Shown: piece after piece, positions 8,563 through 18,480 of the stretch
Position numbering within the stretch: position 1 is the first letter of the stretch
How the letters are laid out: every line of letters starts with the position of its first letter
Sequence record: OQ101248.1
Reading direction: 5' to 3' (one strand)
DNA from: Acinetobacter phage Acba_3
Length of the DNA: 55,181 bases
Position numbers and translations under genes: made by a program
Notes under the pieces: model-generated
What the model saw: the letters and a program-made list of their open reading frames with translations, nothing else
What the model was told of the DNA's origin: nothing
The model's database searches: none

Positions 8563-8736
8563 ATGGACAAAAACGAAGCTAAAAAAAATCTGGATAAATA
8601 TTCACAGGAACTTGAGCGTTATCAAAATCTCTCCAGATCGGGTCTTAGCCGTGATGAAATGTTAGTTATCGATAGAATAATTCTTAGATTAAAAAAGCAA
8701 GTTAATAATTTACGGACGGCCTTATATGGACAGTAA
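8563..8736 (+). CDS. Hypothetical small protein (57 aa)
   Basis: ATG 8563; overlaps next gene. Confidence 0.3.
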   Translation: MDKNEAKKNLDKYSQELERYQNLSRSGLSRDEMLVIDRIILRLKKQVNNLRTALYGQ

Positions 8737-9193
8737 CGATTATTTTTGGCTTACAAGAAAAAAAGAACCAAGAACAAAACCAAAAAGCCGCCCATTACCC
8801 AAAGCAACTCAAAAATACCTAGAAGCTGAAGAAGAATTTACTCATGCATTAGATGTGCTTGAAATCAAATATGAAAAGAAATTTAAGTTTAAATCTACAA
8901 AACATTGGCGATTTGATTTTCATTTAATTGAACATCGTATTCTGGTCGAAATTGCGGGTGGTCCATGGTCAGGTGGTCGAAAAGGTAAGCTCAAAGATAA
9001 AGCTTGGAGTATGGATCGATACGATGATGCTGAAGCAATGGGATATACGGTTGTTCGGTTAGAGGCAGCACCAAGTTTTAAAATTAATGAATCTGGCCCG
9101 TTACAGATACAAGCTCATTTTGCTAGTCAGTGGCTTAAAAACTTAAAGAGGCAAATATTTAATGGATCAGATCAGACCGTTTCCACCAACTGA
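8726..9193 (+). CDS. Hypothetical protein with restriction-endonuclease-like (DUF559/Vsr-like) signature
   Basis: WRFDFHLIEHRILVEIAGGPW resembles R.DF.L....i.vEiDG..H core of DUF559/Vsr-fold nucleases. Confidence 0.3.
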   Translation: MDSNDYFWLTRKKEPRTKPKSRPLPKATQKYLEAEEEFTHALDVLEIKYEKKFKFKSTKHWRFDFHLIEHRILVEIAGGPWSGGRKGKLKDKAWSMDRYDDAEAMGYTVVRLEAAPSFKINESGPLQIQAHFASQWLKNLKRQIFNGSDQTVSTN

Positions 9194-9803
9194 TTTTATT
9201 GATCAAGCTGAAGAAGAGGAAGCAATTCGTTTAATACCGGCTCCAGACCTAAAAAAATGGGTTGTGGCTAATTACTTAACGATTGGTGGGCCTCTTTATA
9301 ATCCAGATCATGATCATATTGCTGAGTTACTTCATGATAATGAAGAGTTCTTGGCATTTGCTTGGGCCTCTTCTGCATATAAAAGCAAGCAGGCGATGGT
9401 GCTGGGGCAGTGTGAAAAAGTAATGTTTAACGTCGGTGGCTGGCGTAAAGCTAGACAAGAGCAACAGATGCGTGACTGGTTCGGTTTTGTGCCAACATAC
9501 TTAATAACTGTCGACGCTTCTTTCTGTGAGCGTGCAAACGATACAGAGTTCTGTTATTTGCTTGAACATGAGCTTTACCACATTGGAGTGATGAGAGACG
9601 AGGACGGAGAAATTGTTTATAGCGATAGTTCTGGTCTGCCTAAGCACTATCTTGCTGGTCATGACGTTGAAGAGTTTATTGGCGTAGTTAAACGGTGGGG
9701 ACCAAGTAAGAATGTTAAGCGACTTATTGAGGTCGCAAAAAATCCGCCGTTTGTTTCTGATTTAGATATTGCGAGATGCTGCGGGAACTGTGTAATCAAT
9801 TGA
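9162..9803 (+). CDS. Hypothetical protein with HExxH metallopeptidase-like motif
   Basis: LLEHELYHIG motif; Cys-rich C-terminus CCGNC. Confidence 0.4.
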   Translation: MDQIRPFPPTDFIDQAEEEEAIRLIPAPDLKKWVVANYLTIGGPLYNPDHDHIAELLHDNEEFLAFAWASSAYKSKQAMVLGQCEKVMFNVGGWRKARQEQQMRDWFGFVPTYLITVDASFCERANDTEFCYLLEHELYHIGVMRDEDGEIVYSDSSGLPKHYLAGHDVEEFIGVVKRWGPSKNVKRLIEVAKNPPFVSDLDIARCCGNCVIN

Positions 9804-9823
9804 GCCTTATGGCTCTTTTTTTT
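9801..9823 (+). terminator. Rho-independent terminator
   Basis: gagcc-ttat-ggctc followed by T8. Confidence 0.6.
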
Positions 9824-9861
9824 GTCCTGTTTGCTGTACGTAGCTGTACGAAGGGGAATTT

Positions 9862-10332
9862 ATGGCAGCACTAAAAGAGCCTGTGAAAATATTTATTGTT
9901 CAAGCTCTTGCATGCCGTGATACCCCTCAAGAAGTGGTTGAACAGGTCAAGCAAGAGTTTGGAGTTGATATTAGTCGTAGCCAATGCGAATGCTATGACC
10001 CAACAAAATATTCGGGCAGAAACTTAAGCAAGAAGTTTGTTGAGCTTTTTGAATTAACCAGAGAGAAGTTTGATAAAGGCTTAATTGATATTCCTATTGC
10101 TAATAAGTACTACCGACTGAAGCAATACCAAAGACAGCTTGAGAAGACTAGAAACGTCAAAACAGCCTTAAAAATTCTTGAGCAAGCCGCTAAAGACATT
10201 GGTGGTCAATTTACTAATCGTCAAGAAATTACAGGCAAAGACGGCGGACCAGTTCAAACAGTTAATTCTGAAATTCCAGTTCCAATGGAAGATTACTTAA
10301 AAGCGCGGAGGGAAGTCTTAGATGAGTACTGA
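9862..10332 (+). CDS. Putative terminase small subunit (DUF2280-like)
   Basis: IVQALACRDTPQEVVEQVKQEFGVDISRSQ matches my recollection of DUF2280; immediately upstream of and overlapping the large terminase. Confidence 0.5.
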   Translation: MAALKEPVKIFIVQALACRDTPQEVVEQVKQEFGVDISRSQCECYDPTKYSGRNLSKKFVELFELTREKFDKGLIDIPIANKYYRLKQYQRQLEKTRNVKTALKILEQAAKDIGGQFTNRQEITGKDGGPVQTVNSEIPVPMEDYLKARREVLDEY

Positions 10333-11749
10333 TGCGGCTCGGGATAAAGCCATCCAGATCGAGGCGCAAGAAGATTTATATTTCTTTACAAGGTACATGT
10401 TTAAGGAGCGCCGAGGCTACAAATGGATGCAAAATTGGCACCACTTAGAAATCTGCGAAGCATTAATGAAAGTTTATCGCGGTGAGACTAAGCGGTTAAT
10501 TATTAACGTACCACCTCGATATTCAAAAACTGAAATTGCTGTAATTAATTTTATGGCTTGGTGTTTTGGAAAGAAACCTGACTGTGAGTTTATTCATATC
10601 AGTTACTCGGCAATGCTTGCCGCAAATAATGCATTTCAGACTCGTAATATGGTTCAAGAAAAGGCTTATAAAAAGGTCTTTCCTGATCTTAAATTACGTG
10701 AGGATAGTAAAGCTAAGGATTTCTGGCGCACAGATGCAGGCGGAGTCTGCTATGCGACTGGTACTGGCGGTACCATTACAGGTTTTGGTGCAGGCAAAAT
10801 GCGTGAAGGCTTTGGTGGTTGCATCATCATTGATGACCCGCATAAGGCCGATGAAGCCAAATCAAAAACTATCCGTGAAGGTGTAATTGACTGGTTCCAA
10901 AATACTCTCGAGTCTCGTACTAACTCACCAGAAACGCCAATTATTGTCATTATGCAGCGTCTTCATGAAGATGATTTGGCTGGATGGCTGCTAGGTGATA
11001 GAAAAGACGGCGTTCCTGTAGCTGGTGGTAACGGTGAAGTGTGGGAGCATCTATGTCTTTCGGCTATTCAAGAAGACGGATCTGCATTGTGGCCAGCAAA
11101 ACACAATATTCAAAAGTTGAAGCAAATGGAGCAAGCTGCGCCGTATGTTTTTGCCGGGCAATATCGTCAAATGCCATCACCGCCAGCAGGTGGTTTTTTT
11201 AAGCCTGACAATATTGAAATTGTGGATGCTTTACCTGCTGATGTAGTGAAGCAAGTAAGGGCTTGGGACTTTGGTGCTACTGAGAATGAAGGCGACTTTA
11301 CAGCAGGTGTTAGAGAAGCTCTTGGCGCAGATGGTTTTACTTACATTGTCGATGTTACAAGAGGACAGCTTGGTCCAGACAATGTTAATAAGCGCTTAAA
11401 ACAAGTCACAGAGTTAGATGGGATGGGCGTAACGGTAAGGATTCCTCAAGATCCTGGTCAAGCTGGTAAATCACAAGCTAGTGCATTCGTAAAACTTCTT
11501 GCAGGATATGACGTCAAAGCCAAACCAGTTTCGGGAGACAAACTCACACGTGCACAACCTTTTGCGGCGCAAGTTAACGTGGGTAACGTGAGAATGCTTA
11601 GAGGTGATTGGAATAAAGACTTTATTGAAGAGCTTCGCAATTTTCCAAATGGAACGCATGACGACCAAGTTGATGCTGGTTCAGATGCATTTAATGAATT
11701 GAATGGAGGTTTTGAGGCCTTCTTTGCTGATATGGGATTTGCTCGATGA
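10322..11749 (+). CDS. Terminase large subunit
   Basis: 475 aa; ATPase Walker-B-like CIIIDDPH; C-terminal nuclease-like acidic residues (DDQVDAGSDAF); position before portal. Confidence 0.85.
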   Translation: MSTDAARDKAIQIEAQEDLYFFTRYMFKERRGYKWMQNWHHLEICEALMKVYRGETKRLIINVPPRYSKTEIAVINFMAWCFGKKPDCEFIHISYSAMLAANNAFQTRNMVQEKAYKKVFPDLKLREDSKAKDFWRTDAGGVCYATGTGGTITGFGAGKMREGFGGCIIIDDPHKADEAKSKTIREGVIDWFQNTLESRTNSPETPIIVIMQRLHEDDLAGWLLGDRKDGVPVAGGNGEVWEHLCLSAIQEDGSALWPAKHNIQKLKQMEQAAPYVFAGQYRQMPSPPAGGFFKPDNIEIVDALPADVVKQVRAWDFGATENEGDFTAGVREALGADGFTYIVDVTRGQLGPDNVNKRLKQVTELDGMGVTVRIPQDPGQAGKSQASAFVKLLAGYDVKAKPVSGDKLTRAQPFAAQVNVGNVRMLRGDWNKDFIEELRNFPNGTHDDQVDAGSDAFNELNGGFEAFFADMGFAR

Positions 11750-13197
11750 GTGACGTAACTTTTAAACATCCTGAATATGTTAAAAACTTGCCATATTGGC
11801 AGAAGCTAGATGATGTGTGTGAAGGCGAGGATGCTGTAAAGGCTAAAGGAGAAAAGTATCTTCCGAAACCCAATGCTCATGATCAATCACCTGCAAATAA
11901 AAGTGCTTATGAGGCTTATCGTACTCGGGCAGTCTTTTATGAAGTAACGGGGACTACATCTAATAGTTTAGTTGGTGCAGCTTTTGCAACCGATCCAAGT
12001 TTTAAATTTCCTCCAGAACTAGCTCACTTAGAACGCAATGCTAACGGCGCGGGATTAAGTGCTTATCAATTGGCACAGAACGGGATCCGACATTTATTAA
12101 AGCATTATCGTTGTGCTTTATATGTTGACTATCCTGCAGTTACACCGGCTCGAAATCTTGCGGAGTTTAAACAGCAAAAAGCCTACCCGATGATTCACTT
12201 ATTGAATGCCATTGATGTGATCAATTGGGATTCAATGATGATTGATAACCAGAAAAAGCTTTGCTTGGTGGTCATCCGTGAATTTACTTCAGAACGAGGC
12301 GCTGATGGCTTTAGCAAATCTGAGGTAGAGCAATACAGAGTACTTCGTTTAGAGCCTGATAATGAAGGAAACTTCATCTATACAGTTCAAGTTTACACAA
12401 AAGGCGACAAGGGTACATGGAAGGGCGAAGATAAGAAGTATCCCACTGATAATAACGGGGATTTCTGGTCTTATATTCCATTCACTTTTGTGGGGGCTAT
12501 TGATAACTCTGAAGAGATTAAAAAGCCTCCATTGCTCCCATTGGCTAATCTTAATTTAGCTCATTATAGAGATAGTGCGGACTTTCAAGAGTCCGTTTTT
12601 TATATGGGCCAACCACAGTTTTATGCTAAGGGAGTTAATTGGGCTTGGTATGACGAGGCTAAAAAGCGTGGCATTTATATCGGTGCGAAAGTTCTATTAC
12701 CTTTACCTGAAAACGGTGATTTGGGGATTGTACAAGCAGATCCAAACACATTAGCACGGGAAGCTATGAAGGATAAGTGGGAGCAAATGAAGGAGCTTGG
12801 TGCTCGACTTATTGAAAAAGGTTCCGCAGCTAAAAAGACTGCTACTGAATCTAACAGTGATGATGCCGTGCAGCATTCCGTTCTTTCACTTTGTGTTGTG
12901 AATATGAATGAAGCTTTGTCTATGGCTTTACGTTGGGCTGCTAAATTTGTAGTACCTAATGTTGATGTTCTGACTAAAGATGAACTGATGTTCGAAATTA
13001 GTCAGGAATTTAACAAGCAAGGTTATTTAGCTGAGTTGGCTCGTCAATTGTTTGAAGCAGCTTTACAAGGTAGATCTTCATTCAAATCTTGGTGGGAATA
13101 CAACCAAACAGGAATGTTTCCTAAACAAAAATATGAAGAAGAAATCCTAAATGTTGAAGCTGAACAGGATGGGACTTTGAATCAAGGAGTGAATTGA
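11746..13197 (+). CDS. Portal protein (DUF4055-like)
   Basis: 483 aa; follows terminase with 4-nt overlap; N-terminal Y..W...DD...GE.AVK..GEKYLP pattern. Confidence 0.7.
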   Translation: MSDVTFKHPEYVKNLPYWQKLDDVCEGEDAVKAKGEKYLPKPNAHDQSPANKSAYEAYRTRAVFYEVTGTTSNSLVGAAFATDPSFKFPPELAHLERNANGAGLSAYQLAQNGIRHLLKHYRCALYVDYPAVTPARNLAEFKQQKAYPMIHLLNAIDVINWDSMMIDNQKKLCLVVIREFTSERGADGFSKSEVEQYRVLRLEPDNEGNFIYTVQVYTKGDKGTWKGEDKKYPTDNNGDFWSYIPFTFVGAIDNSEEIKKPPLLPLANLNLAHYRDSADFQESVFYMGQPQFYAKGVNWAWYDEAKKRGIYIGAKVLLPLPENGDLGIVQADPNTLAREAMKDKWEQMKELGARLIEKGSAAKKTATESNSDDAVQHSVLSLCVVNMNEALSMALRWAAKFVVPNVDVLTKDELMFEISQEFNKQGYLAELARQLFEAALQGRSSFKSWWEYNQTGMFPKQKYEEEILNVEAEQDGTLNQGVN

Positions 13198-13198
13198 T

Positions 13199-14302
13199 AT
13201 GGCGGCAACTATCAAAGAACTCTTAGAGGCACTAACTCAACACCAAGCATATCTTTTTCGCGCTTCATCAAAAACAGTTAATGAATTATTAGGTTTATTT
13301 AATGATGATACAAAAGCAATGCTTTCAAAGCTGCGTGATCTATTAGAGGAACTTAATGATTCAGAGAAAATTGCTTTAGCTGGTGGGAAGTATACAACGT
13401 CAAACCTCAGAGAGATTAAAGATTTGATTGACCAATGGTTTGCTAGTGTAAATACAAGCTTACCTGAAGCTTTCACCGTCTCTGCTACCGCTTTAGCGGT
13501 TTATGAAGCTAATTACATAGCCAAGCTATACGGAGCGAAAAATAAAACTCTTAGCGGTGACAAGTTCTATTCTGCTGCTAAAAAGGTACCATTGGCTGGT
13601 GGTGCCCTAGTTGATGATCTTTTATCAAGAATTACTGAAGCTGCCCGTCAAAAAGTTGAATATGCAATCAGAGATGGTATTAACACTGGCAAAACTAATA
13701 GTGAGATTATTCAGCGTATCCGTGGTACCAAGAAGCTAAATTATGAAGACGGATTACTCAACAGCACAAAATCAGACATTGAGCGCACTGTAAGAACGGT
13801 TCGGAGCCATGTAGCTAACCAGGCATATTTAAAAAGTTTTGATCAAATTGGCTTCAAATATGTGCGATTTGTGAGTGTTCTTGATGGAAGAACTTCAAAA
13901 CTTTGTGCATCCCTTGATGGAAGCTTTTGGGAAATAAATGACCCAGCAAAGCGCGTTCCTCCATTACATCCAAATTGTCGAAGCATTCTGGTACCAGTTG
14001 AGAAAGACGGTTCTTTAGCTGGTCAGCGTCCTTTTGTGATGGATGAGAGAAGAGTGAAAGACATCCCCAAAGAAGAGCGTGATCAGTTGATTGGGCAAAT
14101 GGATGCAAACATAACATTTAAAGAGTTCTTCAAAAAGACAGATGACTTCTTTCAAAAAGAATGGTTGGGACCAAAGCGTTACAAACTCTTCAAAGAGGGA
14201 AAATTTGATTTTGAAAAGTTCTTCGATCCGGATGGACGTCTTTATACACTCGACCAACTTCGCATGTTGGACGAACAATTGTTCAAGAGGTTGGGAATAT
14301 GA
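13199..14302 (+). CDS. Head morphogenesis protein, phage Mu F / SPP1 gp7 family
   Basis: Conserved block VLDGRTSKLCASLDGSFWEINDPAKRVPPLHPNCRS characteristic of Mu-F-like minor head proteins. Confidence 0.85.
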   Translation: MAATIKELLEALTQHQAYLFRASSKTVNELLGLFNDDTKAMLSKLRDLLEELNDSEKIALAGGKYTTSNLREIKDLIDQWFASVNTSLPEAFTVSATALAVYEANYIAKLYGAKNKTLSGDKFYSAAKKVPLAGGALVDDLLSRITEAARQKVEYAIRDGINTGKTNSEIIQRIRGTKKLNYEDGLLNSTKSDIERTVRTVRSHVANQAYLKSFDQIGFKYVRFVSVLDGRTSKLCASLDGSFWEINDPAKRVPPLHPNCRSILVPVEKDGSLAGQRPFVMDERRVKDIPKEERDQLIGQMDANITFKEFFKKTDDFFQKEWLGPKRYKLFKEGKFDFEKFFDPDGRLYTLDQLRMLDEQLFKRLGI

Positions 14303-14558
14303 ATTTTACTTTAAGTGGTGAGGGGAAAATTCAACTATCTACTCGAGCAAAATACAGATTGCGTAGATGGCTTAGAAAACTTGAAAAGAGGTCGAAGTTA
14401 TGAAGCAAATAACTATGACTCAAGCACAATACATCCTAAGTACAAATCTTATTGTTGTGCCTTTTGTAAGGAAGTTGATTCCAAGATATATGGCTATTTT
14501 AGGATACAACTTCAAACAGCCCACAGCACAGATTCCGCATTAAACCTAATTCAAACCA

Positions 14559-14582
14559 TAGCACCTTCGGGTGCTTTTTTTA
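14559..14582 (+). terminator. Rho-independent terminator
   Basis: gcacc-ttcg-ggtgc then T9. Confidence 0.7.
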
Positions 14583-14594
14583 TATGAGGTCATC

Positions 14595-15107
14595 ATGACA
14601 AAGCAACCGCAAACACTTCAAGAGCTAGTTCAAAATGTTGAATATTTCAATGTGGACCAAGCATCACCAGATGCACTACCTAAACGCATTATATGCATCC
14701 TAAAACTTCACTCTGGAGTGCAAGTAAACGGCGAGTATTTGATTCCTGAAGGTTCACCTGTTGGTGATTACAATCCGTTTGCACTTACATCTGCCATTGA
14801 AAATTTAAAAAAGCTCGGATTTGAAATTATTGAACCACCTTCTGAACCACAAGTAATCGAAGGTGAGGCAGTTGAGGTTGGCCAGAATTTAGATGACCCA
14901 TCACTTAAAGCGGTTGAAGCACCAAAAATTAAAAGTCTGGAATCCCATGTAACTGTTACGGGCGCAGGGGTTAATACTTATGATGTTCGTCATGCAAATC
15001 TGCATTCAATTGAAGCATTGACCTCACTTTTGAAGGTTACGAAGTTAAATACTGATGTGTCGAATGCTGCAAACTCTAAGCTTGTTGAACTTATTAATGG
15101 ACTCTAA
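14595..15107 (+). CDS. Hypothetical protein (single-gene cassette between terminators)
   Basis: GAGGT RBS; ATG 14571 rejected because it lies inside the terminator. Confidence 0.4.
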   Translation: MTKQPQTLQELVQNVEYFNVDQASPDALPKRIICILKLHSGVQVNGEYLIPEGSPVGDYNPFALTSAIENLKKLGFEIIEPPSEPQVIEGEAVEVGQNLDDPSLKAVEAPKIKSLESHVTVTGAGVNTYDVRHANLHSIEALTSLLKVTKLNTDVSNAANSKLVELINGL

Positions 15108-15142
15108 GTTTCAGGCGTCTTGAGCATATTTTAATTTTAACC

Positions 15143-15165
15143 AGCACACTAAGGTGCTTTTTTTG
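15143..15165 (+). terminator. Rho-independent terminator
   Basis: agcac-actaag-gtgct then T7. Confidence 0.65.
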
Positions 15166-15175
15166 TGAGAAAGAA

Positions 15176-15490
15176 ATGACCAAAGAAGTAACAGAGCAAG
15201 AGTTAGCGGAAAAGTCTGTGGCACCCCGAGTAACTAAAGCGCAAATTGATGCGATGATGGACCGCGTTACATATACAGTGGAGCAGCGCCCTGGAGGTAC
15301 AACATCTACTTTTGTACATGCATTTTTAGATGGAAAATTTTTTCTAGCAACGGGTTTTAGCGCATGTGTGAATGCAGAAAACTTTGATGCTGAAATGGGT
15401 GAGCGTATAGCTCGAAGCAACGCAGAAAAGTCAGCCGAAAATAAACTTTGGGAACTCGAAGGCTATCGTTTATTTGCCACAAACTTCTAA
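15176..15490 (+). CDS. Gp49-like protein (phage N4 gp49 / Sf6 gp66 family)
   Basis: Sequence pattern ...VTKAQIDAMMDRVTY...FLATGFSACVNAENFDAEMGERIAR... fits my recollection of the PF13876-type family; flanked by terminators (moron). Confidence 0.5.
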   Translation: MTKEVTEQELAEKSVAPRVTKAQIDAMMDRVTYTVEQRPGGTTSTFVHAFLDGKFFLATGFSACVNAENFDAEMGERIARSNAEKSAENKLWELEGYRLFATNF

Positions 15491-15504
15491 GTTTTTAATC
15501 GAAA

Positions 15505-15530
15505 TAAAGCGTCCTTAGGGGCGCTTTTTT
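15505..15530 (+). terminator. Rho-independent terminator
   Basis: aagcgtcc-tta-ggggcgctt then T6. Confidence 0.6.
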
Positions 15531-15603
15531 AATGTCTGCCGGAAGCGGATGCGGACGGTGAATCCGGGCGGATGCCCACTTGTGTATATAGGTTGGATGA
15601 CCA

Positions 15604-16371
15604 ATGAAACTTAAAACAGTAACGATCGACGGTAAAGTTTATGCGGAAGTAGACGGCGATAAGCCGATCTATATTCATGATGACGGCAAAGAAATGCCAC
15701 ATGATGCACCTCATTCGGTAGCAACAATTGCACGCTTAAACAATGAAGTTAAAACACATCGTGAAGCCAAAGAAGCAGCTGAAAAAGCATTAAAAGCTTT
15801 TGAAGGAATCGAAGACCCTGCGGCAGCTAAAAAGGCCTTACAAACAATCCAAAATCTCGATGATAAAAAGCTGGTGGATGCCGGTGAAGTTGAGAAAGTT
15901 AAAGCTGAAGCTATCAAAGCAGTTGAAGAAAAATATGCCCCGATTGTTGAGCAACGTGATGCTCTTGAGGCCTCATTGCATAAAGAGCTAATCGGCGGTG
16001 GTTTTGCTCGTTCTAAGTACATTCAAGACAACATTGCAGTACCTGTGGATATGGTGCAAGCGACCTTTGGTCATCACTTCAAAATCGAAGAGGGCAAGGT
16101 GGTTGCATATGACCAGAACGGCGAAAAGATTTATTCACGTGTACGCCCAGGTGAACTTGCAAATGTTGATGAAGCTTTAGAGTCATTGGTTGGTGGATAC
16201 CAGCATAAAGACTTAATTCTTAAAGGTGGTAAAGGGACTGGTGGAGGTTTCCAAAGCGGGGGCAAAGGTGGAGCACCTACTGGAATGAAACGCAGTGAAA
16301 TGTCTGTTTCTCAGAAAGCAGATTACATCAAAGAACATGGCAATGATGCCTTCCTAAAACTACCGAACTAA
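15604..16371 (+). CDS. Putative scaffolding protein
   Basis: 255 aa, Ala/Glu/Lys-rich helical protein immediately upstream of the capsid gene. Confidence 0.5.
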   Translation: MKLKTVTIDGKVYAEVDGDKPIYIHDDGKEMPHDAPHSVATIARLNNEVKTHREAKEAAEKALKAFEGIEDPAAAKKALQTIQNLDDKKLVDAGEVEKVKAEAIKAVEEKYAPIVEQRDALEASLHKELIGGGFARSKYIQDNIAVPVDMVQATFGHHFKIEEGKVVAYDQNGEKIYSRVRPGELANVDEALESLVGGYQHKDLILKGGKGTGGGFQSGGKGGAPTGMKRSEMSVSQKADYIKEHGNDAFLKLPN

Positions 16372-16398
16372 TCATTAAATATTTGGAGATAAGTAGTT

Positions 16399-17355
16399 AT
16401 GACTACAACAGTTAATTCAGACATGATCATCTACAACCAATTGGCTCAAACTGCTTATTTAGAGCGTTTGCAAGACAATTTGAACGTATTTAACCAGGCC
16501 TCTAATGGTGCAATTGTATATCGCAATGAGATTATTGAAGGTGATTTCAATAAAGAGGCATTTTACAAAGTGGGCGGTAGCATCAAGCATCGTGATGTGA
16601 ATTCAACCGCCAAAGTAGTGCCTGAGAAGATTGGGTCTGGTGAATCTGTAGGCGTAAAAGTCCCATATAAATATGGTCCTTATGCTTCAACCGAAGAGGC
16701 ATTCAAACGCCGTGCACGCACACCTGAAGAGTTTGCCATGATTCTTGGTTATGATTTAGCAGATGCATTAGTTGCAGGACGTTTACAGTACAGTTTAGCC
16801 TCCTTAAAAGCAGCTATTTCTAGCAACCCGGATATGGTTGCCAAAGGCAGTATTGCTGTAGATGGGCGTAAAGCATTAACACGTGGTATGCGTAAGTTTG
16901 GCGATAAGTTTGGACGTATTAGTTTATGGGTAATGAACTCAGATACTTATTTCGATATTGTCGATGATGCAATCACTAATCAAATTTATGGCGAATCTGA
17001 AATCGTTATCTATGGTGGTTTACCGGGTACCTTAGGTAAGCCGGTATTGGTTACAGATGCCGTAGGTGATGATGATGCATTTGGTTTGCAAATGGGTGCA
17101 GTTACTGTTACAGAATCACAAGTACCAGGCTTCCGCGCGTATGACATCAATGATGAAGAAAACTTGGCAATCGGTATGCGTGCTGAGGGTACATTTAACC
17201 TAGATATTCTTGGTTATAGCTGGGATACATCAAAAGGTGAAAACCCTGACCTTACTTTACTTGGTTCAAGTGCCAACTGGAAAAAACATGCTACTAGCAA
17301 CAAAATGACAGCAGGCACATTGCTTGATCTATCTGGCACAACAACAACTGGTTAA
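16399..17355 (+). CDS. Major capsid protein
   Basis: 318 aa; position after scaffold, strong GGAG RBS, followed by terminator (high expression unit). Confidence 0.65.
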   Translation: MTTTVNSDMIIYNQLAQTAYLERLQDNLNVFNQASNGAIVYRNEIIEGDFNKEAFYKVGGSIKHRDVNSTAKVVPEKIGSGESVGVKVPYKYGPYASTEEAFKRRARTPEEFAMILGYDLADALVAGRLQYSLASLKAAISSNPDMVAKGSIAVDGRKALTRGMRKFGDKFGRISLWVMNSDTYFDIVDDAITNQIYGESEIVIYGGLPGTLGKPVLVTDAVGDDDAFGLQMGAVTVTESQVPGFRAYDINDEENLAIGMRAEGTFNLDILGYSWDTSKGENPDLTLLGSSANWKKHATSNKMTAGTLLDLSGTTTTG

Positions 17356-17375
17356 CTCATAAACATCTCACTATA

Positions 17376-17400
17376 AGAGGGCTATTAAGCCCTCTTTTTA
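17376..17400 (+). terminator. Rho-independent terminator
   Basis: agagggc-tattaa-gccctct then TTTTA. Confidence 0.55.
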
Positions 17401-17419
17401 CATTTAAGAGAAATGCATC

Positions 17420-18085
17420 ATGAAGCTAATTTATACACGTATTGCTGCTGCAGCTGCGTTAGAGGTTGGAACTATTGCCAATCCTGATTATTACGAACAT
17501 CCGAATCGAAGTGCTGAAGAAGTAATTATTTACGGTGATTACCCGAAAATCCAAAATGATTACCAAGCTCTGGATATTCCTGTTGAAGTTCGCAAATTGG
17601 AAGAGCCTGCAAAAACGACATTGGCCACTGTAAATGTAGCGGTTGGAATTACTCCAGAGCTGCAAGAAGTTATTGATAAAACTAAAGCTGAGTGTGAAAA
17701 GGTTGTTGAGGAAAACGGGCAACTTAAACAGAAAATCGAAATCTTGGAACAAGCTAGTGGTGATAGTTCGGAGTTAATTTCTGAAAACTCACGTTTAAAA
17801 GATGCTGTACTCCAAGCTGACAATGCTACTAAAGCGGCTGAAGAAAAGGTAGTAAGCATTCAAGCAGAGTTTGATGCTTTTAAAAATGATGTTGCTGCTA
17901 TGCAAGCGCGTATTGCTGAATTGGAAGCTGGAAAAGCGGCAGAAAATTCAGCAACAGAAACGGCAGCTAATGATTTTGAAAACTGGTCAAATGATCAATT
18001 AAAAGAGTATTTGGCTAGTAAAAACATTGGTTACAAACCGTCTGCAACAAAAGCAGAACTCCTTAAATTAATCCCGAAGGAATAA
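17420..18085 (+). CDS. Coiled-coil protein with C-terminal SAP/HeH-like motif (possible head decoration/structural)
   Basis: Central heptad-rich segment; C-terminal SNDQLKEYLASKNIGYKPSATKAELLKLI resembles SAP/HeH DNA-binding motif. Confidence 0.4.
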   Translation: MKLIYTRIAAAAALEVGTIANPDYYEHPNRSAEEVIIYGDYPKIQNDYQALDIPVEVRKLEEPAKTTLATVNVAVGITPELQEVIDKTKAECEKVVEENGQLKQKIEILEQASGDSSELISENSRLKDAVLQADNATKAAEEKVVSIQAEFDAFKNDVAAMQARIAELEAGKAAENSATETAANDFENWSNDQLKEYLASKNIGYKPSATKAELLKLIPKE

Positions 18086-18089
18086 TGCA

Positions 18090-18479
18090 ATGAGCTTTAT
18101 TACTGTAGATGACGCAAATTCAATTTTGGGCAGCGATTTTGCACCAGACAGTGATAAAGCTCGTCTGGTAAAGCTGGCTAATGTTTGGATGAAAAAACGG
18201 ATTGGTTTTGTACCAGATCCTATTGATCCACTTCTTAAAGACGCGGCTTGTGAAATTATCAAAGGAATTCTGGCCAAAGTAATTTATAACGGCAAAGACC
18301 AGCAGTTGAAACGTAAGAAAGTTAAAGCTGATTCTGTTGAGTCAGAAAAAGAATATCAGGACGGATCTGAAGCAATCTCTAGCTTTGAACAGATAGCAAT
18401 TGATTTTATTGATTCACTTGAATTGAAAGATCCAAATGCAAGTTTTAATGGCTTTGGCATACCACTTTACAGGGCATGA
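18090..18479 (+). CDS. Putative head-tail connector / DNA-packaging completion protein
   Basis: Position and size (129 aa) in neck module. Confidence 0.4.
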   Translation: MSFITVDDANSILGSDFAPDSDKARLVKLANVWMKKRIGFVPDPIDPLLKDAACEIIKGILAKVIYNGKDQQLKRKKVKADSVESEKEYQDGSEAISSFEQIAIDFIDSLELKDPNASFNGFGIPLYRA

Positions 18480-18480
18480 T

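Noticed and set aside
10566-10950. Internal ORFs within terminase large subunit gene on both strands
   Set aside because: Embedded in a well-supported long gene; no independent signals.
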